Assembly (NCBI GenBank): GCA_964106915.2
Contig: OZ066916.1
Length of the DNA stretch: 64,000 nt
From: Podarcis gaigeae
Lineage: Eukaryota
Strand: one strand, 5' to 3'
The notes beneath the pieces are model-generated. The model did no database searches. It worked only from the letters and a program-made list of their open reading frames with translations, and was not told the DNA's origin. Below, in pieces: positions 57,163 to 64,000 of the stretch. How positions within the stretch are numbered: the stretch's first letter is position 1; the number at the start of each line of letters is the position of its first letter. Both the position numbers and the translations under genes were made by a program.

Positions 57163-58901
57163 AAGTGTCCATGCACATAGAATATCCCCATTGGTCCTCA
57201 ACATGTCCAGTTAAAAGGAGCACAGATAACAAAAGCTGGGAAAGGCCTTAGAGAGCTGTCGCCAGCACCAGCCTAGATGGACCGTTTGGTCTGACTTGGG
57301 CTAAGGCAGCTTCATATGCTACCTATGCATTCTTCTGCAAGTCCCTCCTGGCCTTCTCTTTTTCCAGAACGACCTTCCTTGAACTACCATACCCCACTTT
57401 TTTATTACCACAAGTTCACACACACATGTACACTACTCAAAATCTCTTCTCAATCACCCATCCCTTTCTTCTGTCACTTACTGAAGATGGTCAAGTCTTT
57501 GGGACAAAGTACCAGGTCCAACCGCATTTGTTCACAGCACCTAGGAATCTGCTGAAGCTAGCTAACTGCTTTTTGCTTTCACTCAGGAAAGGCTTGCCTG
57601 GCAAATACATGCATGTATGTACAAATAATTAAAGAAAAATGGAAACTTCGTATAGAACAAAGATAAACATCTCTTTACGCAGCAAGCTCTTTCCCATGCT
57701 TCATTCCAGCTTCTAAAATTTAAAAAGTATTTGCTATCTGATCACCACTTTTAGAATAACAGTAAAAGTAATATACAGTCATGCAGAATAACGTGTTTGG
57801 ATTCAAAGTGCACTGAGCCAACTAGGTCATTGAACCCATTATGTCTTCTCTAAGATGCAGAAAATCCAACTTTTTCTGCATTGCATCCAATTTGTTGAAT
57901 AAAAATGTTGACCTTGCTTCGATTATTAGCTTGTGCCTATTAATAGGAGGGGGAAAGGCTCACACCCAAGTGCTGATTTGCGGCAATATTTTTCCTTTGA
58001 CAACCAAACCACTACAAGTTGGTTGCCATGATTACTTCCCAGGAAACAGCAGAATTCTCATGTCCGATTTATTGCAGTTGGTGTGTATGTTAAAACAAAG
58101 TGAGCCTAAAACTCTGAAGTAGTTGAAATACAGGAATACCTACCAAAGGAATGAATGACGTATTGGCATCACAGCACCTGAGCAATCGCTGGCAGCATGG
58201 GCTATAGCTTATCTGCTGTTCAAACCAGTGTGATCTTATTTTTATCAAATGACAAGTTGGTGTTCAGTGCACAGAAATCCAGTACAATTTTACTCTCTGT
58301 TTTTGTGCATCATGTGAACATGGCAGAACAACTTCAAACAACACTTGCGTTTATCGAAAAAATTAGAGGCTATTATGAACTCATACCATTCTCTATGTCT
58401 TTCCATTACTTGGACAATTGAATATTCTTTTGGTCTAGCAAGAACATCCAGAGCAGTGCTTTGACTACCCCCCAGAAAAGTATATTGTTGTTGTTTTTTC
58501 ACAATTATATTTGTAAACTTAAGTACAAAAATAATTAGCTTTAAACTTCCCCATTCGGTTTCCGGTAATGGGATGTGAAACACAAGATAGTGTCGACCAC
58601 TTATTCACACCGAATTTCTTATGAAATATCACTTGCCTCAAAAATAGAATTACCCTAGAAAGTATCTGCTTTAAACTTCACGTTATAGCATTTCCCATAG
58701 AAGTGGTTTTGGCTGTCTACTGTAAGGATGCTTTTATTATCCACAAAGTGCTTTATACTGTTCTCTCCGTATGTAAAAAGTGTATGTTTTGTGCATGCAT
58801 ATATATATATATATATATATAGCTGCGACAGCTTGTACCTTTTTAAAAACCGAATATTCACAAATCTCAGTCTTTGGTAACAGTCTTTTCAGCCAATAAA
58901 C

Positions 58902-59135
58902 TCAACTGACGGTTGAGACAGCTTGGGTTTTTGCACCATCGCCTTCTGCCCCTTCTGTGCCTGCATCCACTTGGTTCATCTTACCAATATTTTTCAAATT
59001 TTCCAGGGTGGATTTGAAAGTGTCTTTCAGGCTCTTCTCCAGCACCCATCCTTCGCTCTCACATTCTGGATCTTCTGGATTGGCAATGCTCTCCAGGGAG
59101 GTATGCAACAGCCGCAACCCTATCATCACCGACAT
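58902..59135 (-). CDS. PRPH2: Peripherin-2 (RDS) last coding exon (exon 3)
   Basis: ccag|ATG acceptor; MSVMIGLRLLHTSLESIANPEDPECESEGWVLEKSLKDTFKSTLENLKNIGKMNQVDA...VSTVS* matches the peripherin-2 TM4 end and cytoplasmic tail (NPE..E.E.EGW, amphipathic helix, NQV). Lies tail-to-tail with UBR2. Confidence 0.93.
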   Translation of the reverse strand: MSVMIGLRLLHTSLESIANPEDPECESEGWVLEKSLKDTFKSTLENLKNIGKMNQVDAGTEGAEGDGAKTQAVSTVS

Positions 59136-59408
59136 CTGGTTGGGAAACAGAATTTAAATGCCTTTATTTACAGAATGCGTAAATCCCTTCATATCCAAGT
59201 ATGTCAAAGTGATACGCAAAAGGCCATTCAGACAACGGAACAGTATAAAATGTGCCTTTCAAAACCTGGAAATCAGAAGAACAGCCAAAATCTGGGAAGT
59301 CTTGTCTAAACAAAAATGTTTTCAAATTGGGGTTTAAGCTGGTGTAAGTAAAATGGGGGGGGGGGTCATTCCAGGACCACAGTGGGGGCAGGGTGGGGCA
59401 ATGGGAGA

Positions 59409-59670
59409 AGGGCCTTCTGGCGGTTCCCTCACTGCGAGAAGTGAGGTTACAAGGAACCAGGCAGAGGGCCTTCTTGGTAGTGGCGCCCGCCCTGATGAGA
59501 TGTCAAGGAAATAAACAACTATCTGACTTTTAGAAGACATCTGAAGACAGCCCTGTTTAGGGAAGCTTTTAATGTTTGATGTTTTGTTGCTTTTTAAAAA
59601 ATATTATTAATATTCTGTTGGGAGCCAGAGTGGCTGGGGAAACCCGGTATAAATAATAAATTATTATTAT
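59409..59670 (+). mobile_element. L2-clade LINE 3' fragment
   Basis: Same family as 13788-14140, opposite strand. Confidence 0.8.
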
Positions 59671-60659
59671 TACATATTCCAAATCTCTTTCAACTCAGTC
59701 ACATAACCTGGCAGCCCAGCAGCAGGGTAAGTCAAACACTATTAAAAAGGATTGTTTCCCCTCTGCAGTAGGCCTTCTCCTGAATGGATTTTGAAACAGG
59801 GGTAAGCTTGTGCAAGTTTAACTTAAGCTGGTGTAAATTCTGCAAGTTTCCTATATTTAGGATTGTTCCGGAATTGTGACCATCCAAGATGTTATTGGAC
59901 TCCAATTCCCATCAGCCCCAGTGAGACCCAACAACACCTGGAGATCCACAGGTTCCCCATCCCATCCCTGATCTAAACCCTGGATCCAAAGAACCAGGAG
60001 AGAGCAATCCTAAGTAGAGGAAGCTGGCAGAACTTATGCTTGAAAGTTCAATTGGCACATTCCCCATCCCTGTTTAGATCCTGGGAAAAGCGTGGCATAT
60101 CTGGTGCTTCAATTATTCAACCATCTGCAGGGAAGAAACATGTTTTTGCCTTCAATAACTTCCAAGTCCTGCAGCAATAATTTTACTCTAGTAGATGTTT
60201 GCAGTTATAAACTTTCTCCAAACTGGCAGAAGAAATCTCAACAGCGATTTTCAGGTGTGTTGAAAGCTTTTTGTGGGCAGGGTGGTGGTTAGTCTAGATA
60301 GCAAGCCCGGCTCAAGACATTTTGGCACCTGAGGTGGACCTGGAAATGGCACCCCATGCCCCACCAGAAAAGAAGGGTTGAGGGGAGATCTACAGCATGC
60401 AGAAGAGGGGAACATAGGTGGGCCAGTCCTGCTAGATGTCACCTGAGGAGTCTCCTACAGCCCTTGCATTGTAAAATCTCAGAATGCAAGTGGTAGAAGT
60501 TCAGTGAAAATGTTATACTTCTGCCACTTGCATCAACCAGAACTCTTGACATTTTACAATCAAGTGTCTGGTTATCTGGTCAAGGACAAGAGTTGGGGAC
60601 CTGTAGGCTTTCAGATGTTGTAGCATTATAACTCCCCTCAAGGGATTGTGGGAGCTGGA

Positions 60660-60859
60660 AGTGGCGCCTGCCCTGTGGAACACCCTCCCATCAGATGTCA
60701 AAGAGATAAACAGCTACCTGCAATTCAGAAGACATCTGAAGGCAACCCTGTTCAGGGAAGTTTTTAATGTGTGACATTTTTATGTATTTTTAATCTTTGT
60801 TGGAAGCCGCTCAGAGTGGCTGGGGAAACCCAGCCAGATGGGTGGGGTACAAATAATAA

Positions 60860-60904
<45 letters not shown>

Positions 60905-60905
60905 G
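60660..60905 (+). mobile_element. L2-clade LINE 3' fragment with (TTA)n tail
   Basis: gccctgtggaacaccctcccatcagatgtc...cccagccagatgggtgggg. Confidence 0.8.
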
Positions 60906-61394
60906 GAGTTTCAATTCTAGAATACCCCCACTCCTCTCCCAGACCAACTAGATTGTAAAATATAAGCATTTACATTAAGCTATGTGGCAGATTACTATTA
61001 TTATTGAAGATTAAAATGTAATGGATGCGTGTTAGAGTTACCAGGTGGGGTGGGACAGATCTATGGTTGGATTTGACCAATACAAAGCAAAATGCGAACA
61101 TGAAACATTTAAAATGGCCACTCGCAGTCCAGAGTGGCCATTTTAAGAACACAGCCGGATTTGCTTGCAAGCCTGAGAGAAACCAGATCCCTCTTGCACG
61201 TCCTGGCTGGCCTGCTTGTGTCTCCTGCAATTATGTCACCTGGCTACAAAGCCCTCAACTTGGAATTTCAAAAACAAGAAGTGGAACCTGAGAGAATAGT
61301 GCCACTGGGTAAGAGGAGTGCTTCTTGTAGTTCTATTTCAACTTCTCGTGTAGTTTTTATGTGTGTGTAGAGTGGGAAAAGAATGAAGAGCACT

Positions 61395-61445
61395 TTCTTC
61401 TTCTTCTTCTTCTTCTTCTTCTTCTTCTTCTTCTTCTTCTTCTTC
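61395..61445 (+). repeat. (TTC)n microsatellite
   Basis: Direct inspection. Confidence 0.95.
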
Positions 61446-62094
61446 ACCCAATTCCAGTGCCTTCTCCTGCTGTGTTATACAGCTGCCAGCCATGAATACG
61501 AGCATTTTACAGCGGTGAGGTGAATGGATGAATGAGAAATAAAATTCTGGAGAGTGTTCATTTCCCTTTTTATGCTAATAGCACAGCACGGCGCTGTCAG
61601 GGGTGGGGGGAGGTTAACCTCATAGCACTCATCCAAACCTAATCCCCTGCTGCAAGATATTTACTATATCCTGCCAAGGACTTAAGTAGGCCAATGTCCT
61701 TTCTCCTAGGGCCAACCCTGGTGTCAGGCAGAGCTGGAGGGGGGGGGCGGGGAGTGGCAGACCACTGACGGTTCTTTCTGAGTCCTGAACTGTTCCCCTC
61801 TGCTACTGTCGGCATCAATCCTCTGTAAATCCTAGAAGCTCACAGTTCCGGTCAGGGCACTTTGAGGTTTTTGTTTATTTTAAATGTCACTTAATGTGCA
61901 TACCTAGAGAACTAGGTATATAGAAACCTCTACCTTATTTTTGGATGCCCGCATTTCTGTTCGAGACTGATAGGCAGGCAGTCACCCAAGCTTACCATCA
62001 GAGAGGAGGATGGCTGCTTCAGAACAATAGTGTCTGGGCAGTTAAGAGAGTTCTGAAAAGGCTTCTTCTGTTAGACCAGGATTTCCCAAACTTG

Positions 62095-62366
62095 AAACAA
62101 AAAAAATTGCTTCCAGTAGCACCTTAAAGACCAACTAAGTTAGTTCTTGGTATGAGCTTTCGTGTGCATGCACACTTCTTCAGATACACATTCCCTTCTG
62201 GGCATGTCAGAGTTGGTGGAGCAAGAGGCAAAAATGAGCAAAGCAAGAAGAAGTGTGCATGCACACGAAAGCTCATACCAAGAACTAACTTAGTTGGTCT
62301 TTAAGGTGCTACTGGAAGCAATTTTTTTTGTTTTGACTATGGCAGACCAACACGGCTACCTATCTG
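62095..62366. mobile_element. Penelope-like inverted terminal-repeat insertion
   Basis: Perfect 87-bp inverted arms 62095-62181 and 62247-62333; 12-bp TSD ttcccaaacttg (62083-62094, 62367-62378). Confidence 0.82.
62150..62187 (-). ncRNA. Minimal type I hammerhead ribozyme motif (PLE type), intact core
   Basis: GUAU-CUGAAGA-A-GUGUG(CAUG)CACAC-GAAA-GC-UC-AUAC. Confidence 0.7.
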
Positions 62367-63166
62367 TTCCCAAACTTGGTTATCCAGCCATTTTTTTGGA
62401 CTACAGTTCCCATCATCCATGACTACTGGTCCGGCTAGCTAGGGATGATGGGACTTGTAGTCCAAAAACAGCTGGAGACCCAAGTTTGGGAAACCCTGCG
62501 TTAATGCGAAACTGATGCTAAAGAAGTAAACTAACCTGAAATAAATTAACAGAGGAAATAATGTTGAGTTTGGTTCTGTTTTATGTTAGGCAGGATACGG
62601 CCCTTGACCCCAATCTGAGAATATGGTCTCAAGGCTTCTACTTACCACCGCCCCTCATCCTGAGACTAGATCTGCAATGTTCCTAGCATCTGAATCTAGC
62701 CTGTTTGTGTATGTTAACTCCTCCTACCATACCACAGTCTTATCACAAATGTACCTACTGGGATGCCCTCCTGCCATGGTGGGCTGTGACTTGAGGCCAC
62801 CAGTCTACAGTGGAGTGCCTCTTCCACCCTGCTCACTCACATGTAAAAGACTTGATCATGCCTGATCATCCCTATGGCAGGGATGGGGAACCTTTTTTGC
62901 GACTGAGGATCACATTCCCTTCTGGGCATGCCAGAGTTGGTGGAGCAAGAGGCAAAAATGGGCAAGGCAATGAATGTGGTTTTTTCCCTTTGTACAGCAA
63001 ACTAGCTATTCTGAATTAAAGCAAGCGTCATTATCTGAGGTCAAAGGCACACTCCGGTCAGGAAAAACACTACTGAGGGTTTTAAAAGCAACAACAACCC
63101 TGCAGTGACCACCATCAGACCACCCATTAGCACCATCTAGCCTGATGAACCATCTAGCCTGATGAA

Positions 63167-63432
63167 CAGGACAGATTGTGAAGTTGAGGCTCCAATACTT
63201 TGGCCACCTCATGAGAAGAGAAGACTCCCTGGAAAAGACCCTGATGTTGGGAAACATGGAGGGCACAAGGAGAAGGGGGCGACAGAAGACGAGATGGTTG
63301 GACAGTGTTCTCGAAGCTACCAGCATGAGTTTGACCAAACTGCGGGAGGCAGTGGAAGACAGGAGTGCCTGGTGTGCTCTGGTCCATGGGGTCACGAAGA
63401 GTCGGACACAACTAAACAACTAAACAAGAACA
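63167..63432 (+). mobile_element. BovB (RTE) LINE 3' fragment
   Basis: KLRLQYFGHLMRREDSLEKTLMLG...RWLD...[10 protein letters not shown]; TSD agcctgatgaa. Confidence 0.92.
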
Positions 63433-63587
63433 AGCCTGATGAATATCTCTGGATTAACTTGAAATCTTTTGCACTATTTTCTGACCTTTTCATACTGCCC
63501 TATGAATTTGGATGTTTTCTTATGGGTTGTTGCAGCTCATTTACTTTCTGTGTTTTTCCATTGACTGCCCTTGAAATGGGTTTAAAG

Positions 63588-63722
63588 CAGCCTTTGCCAA
63601 CCTGGGGCCCTCAAGATATTTTGGACTACAACCTCCATAAGCCCAGGACAACACATCCAGGGTAGGGCTGATGGGAGTTGTAGTCCAAAATATCTAGAGG
63701 TCATCAGGTTAGCAAAGGCTGC
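63588..63722. mobile_element. hAT-type MITE
   Basis: cagcctttgccaacctg ... caggttagcaaaggctg TIRs. Confidence 0.7.
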
Positions 63723-64000
63723 TGTCAGAGCTGCCTCTAGATCCCAGCTCACAGAGGACTAACGCTAGGCTGTGGTAATGTATAAAAGTCTTTATTGAAG
63801 TTCAGTTTCCATTTCAAAGCCACAGCGTGCAGCCCTACGTCTTAACCCCTAGATCGACGAAGTCCCGTCTGAGTCTCCTCCCCTCTGACACCAGTTTAAG
63901 ATCCTAGCCCTGCTCCACCTTTTGCGCTGCTCTCTCCTCCTCTGGGTCCTCCTGCCCGCTGGGGCATTGCCCTTTCTGGACTCTTCCGACGCTGAGTCGC
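63723..64000 (-). mobile_element. Probable LTR end, truncated by the window
   Basis: Starts TGTCA; minus-strand AATAAA at 63791; CpG-retaining sequence. Confidence 0.4.

Larger units (their letters stand above)
62077..62498. mobile_element. hAT-type MITE split by a Penelope-like insertion
   Basis: cagg.tttcccaaacttg ... caagtttgggaaaccctg TIRs; core cccatcatcc/ggatgatggg. Confidence 0.8.

Noticed and set aside
58923-59309. 128-aa plus-strand ORF
   Set aside because: Antisense shadow of PRPH2 exon 3 with no independent coding signal.
63006-63665. Overlapping 137-aa and 167-aa ORFs
   Set aside because: Alternative frames of the BovB fragment.

Overview
Vertebrate genomic DNA from a squamate reptile, probably a lacertid lizard, judging by the Sauria SINE, BovB, L2/CR1 and hAT MITE content. 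The + strand carries almost all of UBR2, the N-degron pathway E3 ligase. Coding exons 2-47 run from 2883 to 50927, all introns are GT-AG, and the spliced CDS in the window is 5184 nt (1727 codons plus stop); exon 1 lies upstream. A 3' UTR runs to about 53040. The last coding exon of PRPH2 (peripherin-2, 58902-59135) lies convergently on the - strand, with its earlier exons beyond the right edge. Most ORFs in the supplied track are exon read-throughs, antisense shadows or transposon fragments. Main points of interest: (1) a 51-bp triplication that copies the UBR2 exon-23 splice donor three times, with an in-frame stop between the copies; (2) tandem 99-nt, probably mutually exclusive exons 11A/11B separated by a 69-nt intron; (3) Penelope-like insertions carrying minimal hammerhead-ribozyme motifs, one as a perfect 87-bp inverted repeat whose spacer copies nearby DNA; (4) a candidate intron in the PRPH2 3' UTR. 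Exon numbers follow human UBR2 by analogy. No database searches were run.
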